Shown here piece after piece: positions 47,920 to 57,784 of a DNA stretch of 64,000 nucleotides. Below the pieces are notes generated by a model. The model was given only the letters and a program-made list of their open reading frames with translations, ran no database searches and was not told where the DNA came from. The stretch is taken from positions 62,001 through 126,000 of the forward strand of contig CBFFRQ010000094.1 of assembly GCA_965644315.1 (NCBI GenBank), given 5' to 3'. The first letter of the stretch is position 1. The number at the start of each line of letters is the position of its first letter. This DNA is from Caecitellus pseudoparvulus. Taxonomy: Eukaryota; Protista; Bigyra: Bicosoecida. The translations under genes and the position numbers were made by a program.

Positions 47920-50900
47920 TCAGGTCTTCCTGCGTTTTCCTCTGGAAATAATGCGGTACTCGCTCTTGCGGGTCAAAAAGGTTGACTTGGATATGAGCAA
48001 GTCTGCTCGGTCTTCCTCGATGTCGCCTGTCAGGTGTTGGGGATTCACTGGCTCGCACTTCGTGACCAGCTCAAGCAGCTCGCCGCCGTCCAGCTTCATG
48101 TACTCCGCTTCAATTACCTTGGACCCTTCCTGGAACCTCCCACATACAGTTTTCCCATCACGTGGGTCGTAGAAGTACGCCCGCGTGTGCGCACGGGTGT
48201 TGACCATGAGGTACCACTGCGGCTGCTCCATCAGGCTGAGCACATCCCCATCCTGCACTTCACTGCCGTCATCCTCGTCATCCTCTGCAACAAAAGCTGC
48301 CCCAGGCCTTGCCAGACTTGCAGCCGATCTTTCCCGCTGTCTCTTTGTCCCGCCCAGCCTTTTCTCCAACCTCTTTGGCACCTGCACAGACTTGGCAGGC
48401 ACTCTGTCGTGGCTGTCGCCATCCTCAAATGTGATGGAGTACGTGCCGTCGGCTCGCACCTGTGACACACGCCCGGGGTACCAGCCATCGGGCCCATTCG
48501 TCCACCCCCAGTCCATGGACTCTCCGTCCTCCCCTTGGCCGGGTGGGATGAATGCCCGTGCGAAGACTGAGTCCCCCTCTTGGAACTTGGGCTGGAACGG
48601 GACTGGTGGGTGGACAACTGACCTCTCCCTCGTTGCATGGATGTATCGCATGGCCTTGGGAATATCTTGCAGACCCCTCTCTCTCCAAAGCCTGCCAAGG
48701 TCCCCAACCATGAGCGTCACCGCCTCAGTCCATTCGGCCTTGGGCACGTGTGCAAGGCGGCTGTGGTCCACTTGGTCTCTGACTGGTCCAAGACGGCCAT
48801 CAGGGAAGCACTGAGCAAGCTGTGGCTGCGACTCATTCCCCAGTACAACGTACACGCAGTCCCAGCCCTGCGCATCAAATGCCCGGACGATGTCTCCTCG
48901 AATGGTTGTGACGGAGGCCGCCGCTGAGGGCTGGCCGAGACCTGCAAGGACATCCGGGCGCCAAAAGGCACCTGCACGCCGCTCCGCATCCTCTGAGAAG
49001 GCGCTCCATAATACCAGGCTTATCATCTGTGCCAGACAGTCCCCGCTCTCAGCCTCTCGCAGGCTGCGCAAGAGTGCCCAGTGCTTCGTTGCCGCCTTCG
49101 CAAGGCGCTGGACTGCCAGAGGAAGGAAGTCATCCACAAGCAGGAACACTGGCTTGGGGGGCAGTCTCACCACTCTGTCCATTATGAAGCCCTTGGAGTC
49201 TACGATGATGGTGTGTTCAGGATTGTCCCCGAGCCAAACGCGGAAGACTTGTTTCGTGGACACGGCATCCGCTCCCTCTCGAGCCACGTACAGCGTGTCC
49301 AGTCCGATCGCATCAAGACTGCCTTCAGCCGGCCTGGATGCAACTGGTGCGCGTGTTGAAAACTTCCTCACCATGTTCTTGCTTGTAACCGACGATGGTT
49401 TCGTTTGTTGCGTCCGGCGATTGGGGTGCTTGCAGAGAGCTGGCTGTGCGCTCGAAGTGTCAGAGGGCTTCAGTCTGCGTGCGTGTGCTGGGTCCACATG
49501 GGAACCCTTACCAGGCGAAGTTCGCAATGACTTCTTTCGTCGAAGTTTTCTGGCCACGTGCCCTGAAAAGTTCCCAGAGTTTGCAACGTACTTCTCCCTG
49601 CTCCGAGCCCCCTTGGCGGCGGCGTCCAGCACTGGAGCCCAGCAGATCTCTGGGTCACACTCCGTTGCAGCCCGCTTAGCAAGCCTGACTGCTGAACTTG
49701 GAATGGCTGAACCGAGCCGTTCCATCTTCAGTGCCAGGGCTGCCAGCTCCTTTGCAATCGCCTTGGCCTCTGGTGCGCTCGCCTCCCTGGCGCCTTCAGT
49801 CGTTGAGGGAGACTCTGTGACTGGCGAGGCAGCACCCTCCGGATTCTGGGCGCAACCAGGGCTCATCTGAGACCCATCAACTGGATTCGAGTCCGTCTCA
49901 GTGACGCTCAGCTCTTTCCCTCCAAATGTTTCTGATATCTTGCCTGCGACATCACAGCGCAGGATCTCCTGAGCGTAGTGGCGTGCTGCCCAGCCGTGCT
50001 TGCACGAAGCTGTGGATCCGTGGGCAGAGCAGTCGCAGATTGGGCCACATGTTCGGGGGTTAGCCAACGAGACGAGGTAGATGTTATTGGTCTGTGACTC
50101 GCTGTGGATCTCGAAGGTCAGCGTCTTGCAGTCTTGCAGGTTGATACGTTCCTCCAAGACACCCTCCTTCTTCCACCTCAGGAACATCTCGAGCCCTTTC
50201 TTTTTTGACTCTCTCGCCATTCGTTGTACGGAACTCCGGCCACCTGTCCTGTACGTCCGGGCCACTTCACGACACTGGATGTACGACACTAAACAGCCTC
50301 CCTTGTCTGGCTCTGGCCCTCCTACAAGCGCAACGAGCATCTCATAGGTTGAATGGTTGTAGCGCCGCTTCAAGACCCGGTACTTGAGCATGTTCCACAT
50401 TGACTCAACATAGTTTGTTGTGTTGTCCATGGAGCGGTCATTGCGAAACCAAAGTGCCCATGTTGGCAGCCACGCGTCACACAGCCAGTTCGCCTCCAAG
50501 TACTCCAGAGCTTTGCGGTACTTAGGATCAGCGCACACGTCCTGCTTCATGACTTGCCAGTGGCGGTGGAGCTCTTGAGGCGACGTTGCCGTGAACAGAG
50601 TGCGGGCTGCATCCGTGAAGGTGGTTTTGCTCTCTTGGTCTGGAAGGGTCATGGTGACGCTCTCGTTCACAGCCTTCAGAGCGTGGAAGTGACAGAGGAA
50701 CAGCTTGCTATGCAGCATGCGTTCCAGCATCCGCACTTCTGGAATGTGTCTGAAGGCGCTGAGTTCATGGGTATGCTCGCGAAGCGCCTGGATGGTTTCG
50801 TGCACAGGCAGCCACTTCGCCTTGCTAGCATCCTCCACCGCGCCAAAGTCGCCCAGCTGCCGCTGGGCCGCCTGGGCAGAGATCTGCAGCGAGCGGGACA

Positions 50901-52790
50901 CGTTGGGATCCTTCCCCACTTTATCCAGCAGCCTCTTCATCTTGGTCCCCACGTGCCATGCGAAGGCGGAGTGGCCATGTGGGCACTTGTCCATCATCTT
51001 GGCGGTGAGGTGAAACGCACCACCCAGCTCGGTCTCCATCTTCTGGTACGACCACACGAGAGCTTGGGCTAGGGCCCCAGGCACTGGGTTTTTCCCTGCA
51101 TGGAAGTACATGAACGCAACTGGGATGCCATGTGAGGTGTGGGGTGACCTGTACAGCCACGTGAAGAGCTTTGACTTGAACTTGTCGGTGCCTCCCGTGT
51201 CATCCTCGTACACCAGGGAGTTCATGGACTCCTTGTACTCGCTTGTAGCTGCATACTTCCTCATTTGCGGTGTGATTATGAGCAAGACACTGAAGTCCTC
51301 CGCTTGGTTGAGCTTGTTGAGGTGGAAGTAGGTGTTGGTCGTGTCTGCCGCCGCCATGTCCACACACGCCTGAAAGACGGACATCCCCCCGCGCTGCTCT
51401 CGCTTCATTTTGTCCAAATATCCCTGGATTGCGGCAGGGGAGGGGTGAATGTTGAACAGTCCATGCTTGCATCTGAGACCAGCGTCCTGCATGAGCTGGG
51501 ACGTGGCTGTGTGCTTGTCTTTGAGCATCTGGTCGTGCTCCATGTATACCTCAGGGGTTGAGCACTGTGTCTTGGCTAGGAGATAGGTAAGGATGTCAAG
51601 CATGGATGCGCCAGGCGTGCTTGCTGCCCTTTTCTGTATGATTTCCTTCACCACGGGGCATAGGGGCAGGGACATGTACTCCGCACGACCGACCTGCTTG
51701 GTCGGGTCAACGGGTTCATCGATTGCGAAGTACTTTGCAGGGGTGTGGTTATGGTGCATGCAAACCTCCAGAGTGTATCCCTTCTGACTTAGGGTCACCC
51801 GTATCCTGAAGGGGCACTGCTGGCAAAGTCTCTGTGGTGAAGCCAGAGCAGCGTCACGCTGTTGCGGATCGTGAACAGGGCTGCTTGGTTCTGGACTGCA
51901 ATCCGAACCTGCAGAGTCAGGGCTTGTGTGTGTGCATGCAAATGTCAACATGACTTGCCCCTGCTTCCCGCGCCACGGCTTGTTCTCCAGCTTGATGAGG
52001 CATCCAAACTCCCTCGCCGCTTGTGAGAGCGCTGGGCCACATTCTTCGAGCGGGCCAAATCGAATGCGCTGCCCGAGTGACCGTCGATGGACAAGCAAGG
52101 CATGCAGAGGACTGCTTGCCCCCTTTGGCGTTGGCAGGATGCTGGAGACTATGGTGTCTGTCCTGGGAGTCTTGTCCACACGGGATAGTCGGACCTGGAT
52201 GATGGTGGCCTGAGCAGTCGCATGCGCTAGAGTCACTTGACTATGGTGCCGGTGCTCCTTCAAGATGAGCGCCCCTTGATGAGACGCGGCCCGCACGGCG
52301 CGCTCGACATCCACGGGCGCCACCCCAGCATGTCTGGTTGCTGCCAGCACATCTCGCAAGCGGGTCAAGGCTTCCCTGTTCTCCAAACCGCAGTGCTTAT
52401 CTACTTCGTTGGGGAGCTTGCCGATGCTTGCCATGCTAAACACATTGCCGAGAGTCAGCTCAAGGTCTGGGTTGAGCTGCAGGCACGAGCGGATGGCTTC
52501 AATCACGCGTGCAAAGTCCAGCAGCACAGGCGCGGGAGTCTCCACATGGGAGCAAGGGCTACTGGTCATGCCGCCCTCTGAGCTGGTGCTTGTGGCGTCG
52601 CTGTCAAAGAGAGCAATCGGACTCAGGCCGAAGTCTAGATAAGCAGCCAGCCCAGCCCACGCATCCCTGTCTGGCCTTCCCTTGTGAAGCTCCGCCCAGC
52701 TTTTGGCCAAGCTGAAGGCAAGGAGGTCACTTGCTTGTGCACCATCTTCCTCCATGCCAGCCCTGACCCTTGAAGCTTCGGACTTGTTGA
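47920..52790 (-). CDS. MULE transposase portion: FAR1/WRKY-like Zn finger, DDE domain, SWIM finger, Tudor/Agenet-like domain
   Basis: FACTH...CPFRIRV...MHHNH (~51945-51745). EDDTGGT..LFT...GIPVAF, MMDK, LCHFH, YLEANW..W and TTNYVESMWNMLK (~51210-50385). SWIM YLVSL...CDC...CKH (~50080-49995). Tudor FQEGDSVFAR...WYPGRVSQVRADGTYSITFEDGD (~48585-48385). Confidence 0.9.
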
Positions 52791-54044
52791 AAAAGCGTAC
52801 ATGTGTCCAGATACGTCCACTGCACACTTGCCTGCAAGCTCGGCAAGGCTTTCCAGGTCTCCTGGGAAGTCATGGACAATGACGCGATCGTACGCGTGAA
52901 GCGGCATGTCCAACGCCACAAACGTTGGGCTCACGCTCACGCAGAGACCTTGTTGTGTTTGGGGCGACCCATCAGAGCTTTGGAGTTCAAGGGCTTCCGT
53001 GTCACTTCGCGCCAGAGCTTTGCGGACACGCCTGTCCAGCGCGTTTGTCGTGGCTTCGTCTCGGCACACAACAAGCACCCTTTCGAAGCTCTGGAACTGA
53101 GCTAACAACTCAAGAACTTCATCAAAAGGGTGATGCTTCGTTGCTGCTGCAGCAGACCTTGGGCGAGCTCCGCTGCTGTCCCCGGCCAGTGGCTCTTGGA
53201 TCACATGCAGCTGCACTGCAGTCCGGACACTGCGCCTGGCAATGGCAGTGTGCTCCGGGGCAAGGTGCAGGTACGAAAGGATGTGGGGCACGATGTCAGG
53301 TGCAGCTACGGTGCTCGTGGCGAGGACAGGGAGGCTTGCTGCTTGGGCAGCCTGGCTCAGCTGCCTCAGGGGGTCACAGTCGACTTGCGTGAGTGGCAAA
53401 TGACCCGCAGGCAGGTTCATGACGAGTGCCACAAGCATTCTATGTTCGCGTGTCGACGAAGTTGTCAACAAGAACTGCATCGCCTGTGGGATGGACACAA
53501 CTATCACGGCCCCTTGCGTCAAGCTTGGATGGAGTGCGGCATCGCTGGGAACCATGTCACCAGCCGACGCACAGGTGGCGACGCAGTCCCCGAACGAAGG
53601 CACTTGTCCGACTGCAAGCTTGCGCGCCACCTCACAGTCGCAATCAACTTCATCGGAGGGCAAGATGCACGCTGCTATTCCACTTCTAAGCAGGCGCGAC
53701 ACCTTTGCGCTATGCCGGGATGGACAAGGGCTCGCCAGGAGGACAACCCCCTGCAAAATGCCAGCCAGCAAGCCGAAAATATCCGCTTGCTCGTTATCCA
53801 GGGGCGAAATAACAAGCGAGTGCTTCCCTGCACGGGTGCTTTGAAGTACTTGGGCGTGGTGAGGCTGTGGGCTTGCTCGGCCCCCCAGCACCGCCTCGAT
53901 CGCTGCCGGTTGCCTTCCACCAGCGCCTTCAAAGGCAGCAACTGAGCTTGGGTCAGAAAGGTAGGGCTTCTGGAAGTCTAGAGCCTTGACGAGCACCGCT
54001 GTGTGTGCTCCGGTCGCGGGCTCCACCACTTGTTGGGGAGTGGC
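52791..54044 (-). CDS. Catalytically inactive RecQ-like SF2 helicase domain; N-terminal part of the transposase gene, separated by a 1-bp frameshift
   Basis: Collinear RecQ landmarks: AGKHSLVISP, GVVLLASP...LRSGIAACIL, LPVLATSTVAAPDIVPHILSYLHL, RVLVVCRD and RVIVHDFPGDLESLAELAGK. Walker A and DEAH are lost. Confidence 0.7.
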
Positions 54045-55158
54045 CTATGCCTCTGTGCCTCCGCCTGCCCCCGTGGCTGGACTGGGCGCTGCATAGCTCT
54101 CAAACTGCCGTGTCTCGATTACAGTTTCCTCTCTAGCCCCTGGAAGCTCAATATCCGCGTCGTCTGAATCCTCAGCTGTGGCTGCCTGCAGCCTGGACGA
54201 CTTGCGAGCACCACGTGCTTGGCCCGCTGCTCCTCCGGCCAAGGATGCACAGTGTCTCGGCTCCACAGCCCTGAGGCTGCTGTGGCCCTCGCTCAAGAGT
54301 GTGAGCACTTCGACTCCAAGGAGTTTGACAACTTCCTGTGTGACTTGAGCCTTTGTCCAGCCCACAGGATTACGTGAGGACTCCTGTGCTCTGCGATGGA
54401 CTGCGCTTGCGCCTGCAGCGACGAAGCTCTGGATGTACTCCTCCTTGATAGCCCATGGGTGCCTTCCTGTCAGTCTCTGTTGTACCGCCTGCAAATAGAG
54501 CAAGCAAAGTGTGGGGGCGAGTGCTTAGGAGCCGAAGATAGCGACCTACCCTTCTCGCGAGGTAGCTAGCGCCCCTGCCGTTCTTGTAGAAGCCGCCATC
54601 CTGTGCCAAGGCGAAGATTATCGAGTCCCAGGTATCTGTAGGAAGTAGGTATGTTCCCCCGCTTGACATGAGGTGCACTGTGTCGTAGCTTGCGTCCTCG
54701 GGAGTGTCATTTGTGACCTGCAGCGCATCCTCCCGGGCCAGAGTCAGGATGGACGACGCCACAGAGGCAATCTGGGCCTTTACGACACCATCACCGAGGG
54801 CATGAGAGCCCCACTGAACTTTGCAGTCCTTGATCCTGTTCCATGCTTGCGATAAATCAACTGTGGCAGGCAAATTGCCTCTGGATGAGATTCTCTGCAA
54901 CTTCAAACCAGGCCTCTTCATGGAATTGAGCATGATCTGGGCGAGGCGACGAGAAGCCAAAGCGCCAAGGGACACTGAACATGATTTCATGCCTGCAACA
55001 CGCTTGACGTATGTGTGGGTGGTGCCTTTCTGACCAACGGAAGCCATTTTAGGTGAAGGGTATCCGAAACGCCTGTGTAACGCCAGGGGGGAAATGCATA
55101 TGGGCCCGTGTCTCACGATGCCTGCAAGCCTCGAAAGAATGAACTCGTTCAGAGGCAA
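54045..55158 (-). CDS. Upstream exons of the same transposase gene (function unknown)
   Basis: A phase-0 61-bp intron 54549-54489 (GTAGGT...TTTGCAG) joins ORF 55158 to ORF 54503 in frame. The latter is in frame with the RecQ-like ORF across one TAG (54047-54045). Confidence 0.55.
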
Positions 55159-55899
55159 CTAGAACACTTGGAGAATATGTTGCGGTGCATTCGGGGTGTC
55201 AATTTTGCACACGAGAGACTCTATCGGCTAATGCTGGCTACCTCAGCGTCAAAGTAGATCACAGTGTCGTCCCCCTACTGAGCGGTTCTGGAAACACGTT
55301 CACACGTTCTGCCCCTACACTTCACTCCAAACTCACGGATCACCCAACTCAGCCACATTTTGTGCTTAACCAGCTTGTGCGATCCTTCTGAGCTCAATCT
55401 ACATCCCTCTCCCAGTAAGTGTTGCGAATGCAGCGCACACTCTTTTGGCGTGGTGGCTCGGCATTGCCGAGCAGCGCGCTGCATCGACTCACGGCGCACG
55501 CGATGGAAGTAAAGGCTTTCCCGGGGCCCTCTCGTTGCCACACTTGCTATGCTTGTCTCACACGACCCTTTTATTGCCAAGCGGGCGTGTGGCAGTGAAG
55601 TATGCACGTTGGCTTGTGGTGTCAGCTGCAACATGTGCGAGGTCAGCTCTGCGACGCGCCGCAGAACCCGTTGGGCACCACCGGGGATTGTAGGCACCCC
55701 AACGGAGACTGTGGGCAAAGGGTGTCGCATTTTACGTGTACTGCGGTGTGTTATATGTTCGAGTGGCGCTTGTGCTCGGGTGGAAAGGAATGATAGTGCT
55801 CGTGGTTGACGTTGAAACTCTTCTTGCTGGCACACCACCTCGCGAACCGGTACCTCCTGCGTGCTTGTCCATTAAACAATAAGTCCTCTCCACCTGGGA

Positions 55900-57146
55900 T
55901 GCTTGAGCCCTTGCTCGCAGAGAGAATGGAAGCCTTTGCTTCCGATGCAGCAATCTGCTGCCACCACGCACTTCCAAGGAAGAAGGTTCGAAAACTCCAA
56001 CTGGCCCTTCGTGACTTCCATGATTTCATATGTGGCGACGGCAAAGATGGCGGCAAAAGTGGGAAAAGCGGGAAAGGCGTCAAAGGAGGGAAAGGCGTCA
56101 AAGGCGTCAAAGGCGTCAAAGGCGTCAAAGGTGGGAAAGGCGTCAAAGGCGTCAAAGGCGTGAAAGGTGGGAAAGGCGTGAAAGGTGGGAAAGGCGTGAA
56201 AGGAGTGAAAGCCGTGAAAGGCGTGAAAGGCGGGAAGCGCAAGGAAGCCGGGAAGCGCGGGAAAGGCGGCTCTGCTTACGTTGGCAGTGAGGACAGCAGT
56301 GAGGATAGCAGTGAGGATAGCAGCGAGCACAGCAGTAAGGATAGCAGTGAGGATAGCAGTGAGGATAGCAGTGAGGATAGCAGCGAGGACAGCAACGAGG
56401 ATAGCAGCAAGGACAGCAGTGAGGACTCCAAACGCAAGGATGGCACTGCCACGCCAAGCGAAGGCAAAGCTCTGGGGGGCACTGCCACGCCTGGCGAAGG
56501 CAAGGTTGAAGGAGGCACTTCCACGCCTGGCGAAGGCAAAGCTGTCGGCTCTAGCACCATCGATAAGACGCGTTGGCGCATTCAGTCTCGACAACGACTG
56601 GGGAAAGCGTTGAGAAAGAAGCACCTTTTGAAGAAGGATACGCTGTTCACCCATCAGTACGAGAATGTTCGGAGCGCCTTCAACAGACTGATTGGGGTAA
56701 AAGAAGAAAACACAAAAGAAATTGACAGTTTGCGGAAACATGTTGAGGCCTTATCCCTGAACTTATACCACTGGTACGAGGTCGTCGCTCCTGGAACAGC
56801 CATTGAGTGGCTTTGCGGGAAGACGCACACCTCACGTGTTCACACTGAAGTTCGGAAAATCATCAGCAACAAAGCGGACGATGACAACAAGTCTGAGCGA
56901 CGCATCTGGGTTGCTGCCGACAAGGTTGCGCAGCTTCTGGATGAGTCCATACACGCGAACTCCTTCAAAAGGAGGGTTTGCGTTGTAGTCATCCAGCTTA
57001 TCATCCTGCTCGGCCTGGTTTTTGCCGTCGTGGACCTCTCCGGTGCTGCAATTTTTGGATCAAGCGAAACAGTTGTGAGCGGGCAAATCGAGAGCACTGT
57101 CCAGCTGCGAGGGTCACAAAGTCCCAACGCGACAGCCCTTGCGTAG
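55900..57146 (+). CDS. Hypothetical protein: (G-X-K)n collagen-like basic tract, (SSED)n acidic tract, helical region, C-terminal TM helix
   Basis: 446-aa open frame from 55806 with first ATG at 55900; TM segment VCVVVIQLIILLGLVFAVV. Confidence 0.65.
56060..56545. repeat. Coding micro/minisatellites: 9-bp AAAGGCGT(C/G), 12-bp AGTGAGGATAGC, 33-bp GGCACTGCCACGCCTGGCGAAGGCAAA...
   Basis: Directly visible arrays at about 56075-56230, 56285-56425 and 56442-56545. Confidence 0.95.
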
Positions 57147-57244
57147 CCTTAGAATGCGGGGGCGGGGCTTCTGTACGGGCTCCAAGGATACTGCAAATGC
57201 ATTTCCGCTAAACACACAGTCATAAGATTTTTTTGAGAGCGGCT

Positions 57245-57270
57245 ACCCGCCGAGTTGCAACTCGGCGGGT
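57245..57270. repeat. Perfect 26-bp palindrome ACCCGCCGAGTTGCAACTCGGCGGGT
   Basis: Self-reverse-complementary; degenerate copies at 61838-61942. Confidence 0.95.
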
Positions 57271-57784
57271 CGGGCTCCTTAACAAGTTTCGCCCTCCGGG
57301 CGCTTCAGAAGTCCAAAATGACGGGGATTAGCGTTGCTTCATGTCTCCTTTGTATCAAATTCGTTTCGTGCCGGGGGTGCCGCAGTGGGCCGCGCAATGG
57401 GATGGGGGCGGTCAGGCGTGGTGGCGCAGGCGGGGCGGCCCTCGCACGGCCCCGTCACTTTGGCCTGGTGCTGAGGTCATTTTGGCAAAAATCGCAGAGG
57501 GCACTGCGTTCGATGTGTACATGCCGGTGGTTGCATTGGCACGCGCTGCTCCGCTCTGGATGGCGCAGGAGACCGCCGCAAAGTGCGCCTTTTGGGCCCC
57601 AAATTCCGCCTCCACAGCCGGGTCGCCAACTTCCTGCGCCAGATCCCTTGCACCGCAGCGCACGTGCGCATGAAGGCGATTTCCTGCCTTTGCATTGCAT
57701 TTTAAGCGCCGTGCACGATTCATTTGTCCGATGCAGCACCCCCCTTGACTGGCTGTCTTGGGCTGCCGCCACTGGAAGTCGGCC

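Larger units (their letters stand above)
47260..57290 (-). mobile_element. Large Mutator-like (MULE) DNA transposon; boundaries approximate
   Basis: Contains the MULE/SWIM transposase gene and a divergent ORF. Related GAGTTGCAACTC-core palindromes lie near both presumed ends (47369, 57245). No clear long TIR or TSD was found by eye. Confidence 0.6.

Noticed and set aside
52780-52800. Programmed -1 ribosomal frameshift at the RecQ/MULE junction
   Set aside because: GCT TTT TCA is not a canonical X XXY YYZ heptamer; a homopolymer indel (mutation or sequencing error) is more likely.
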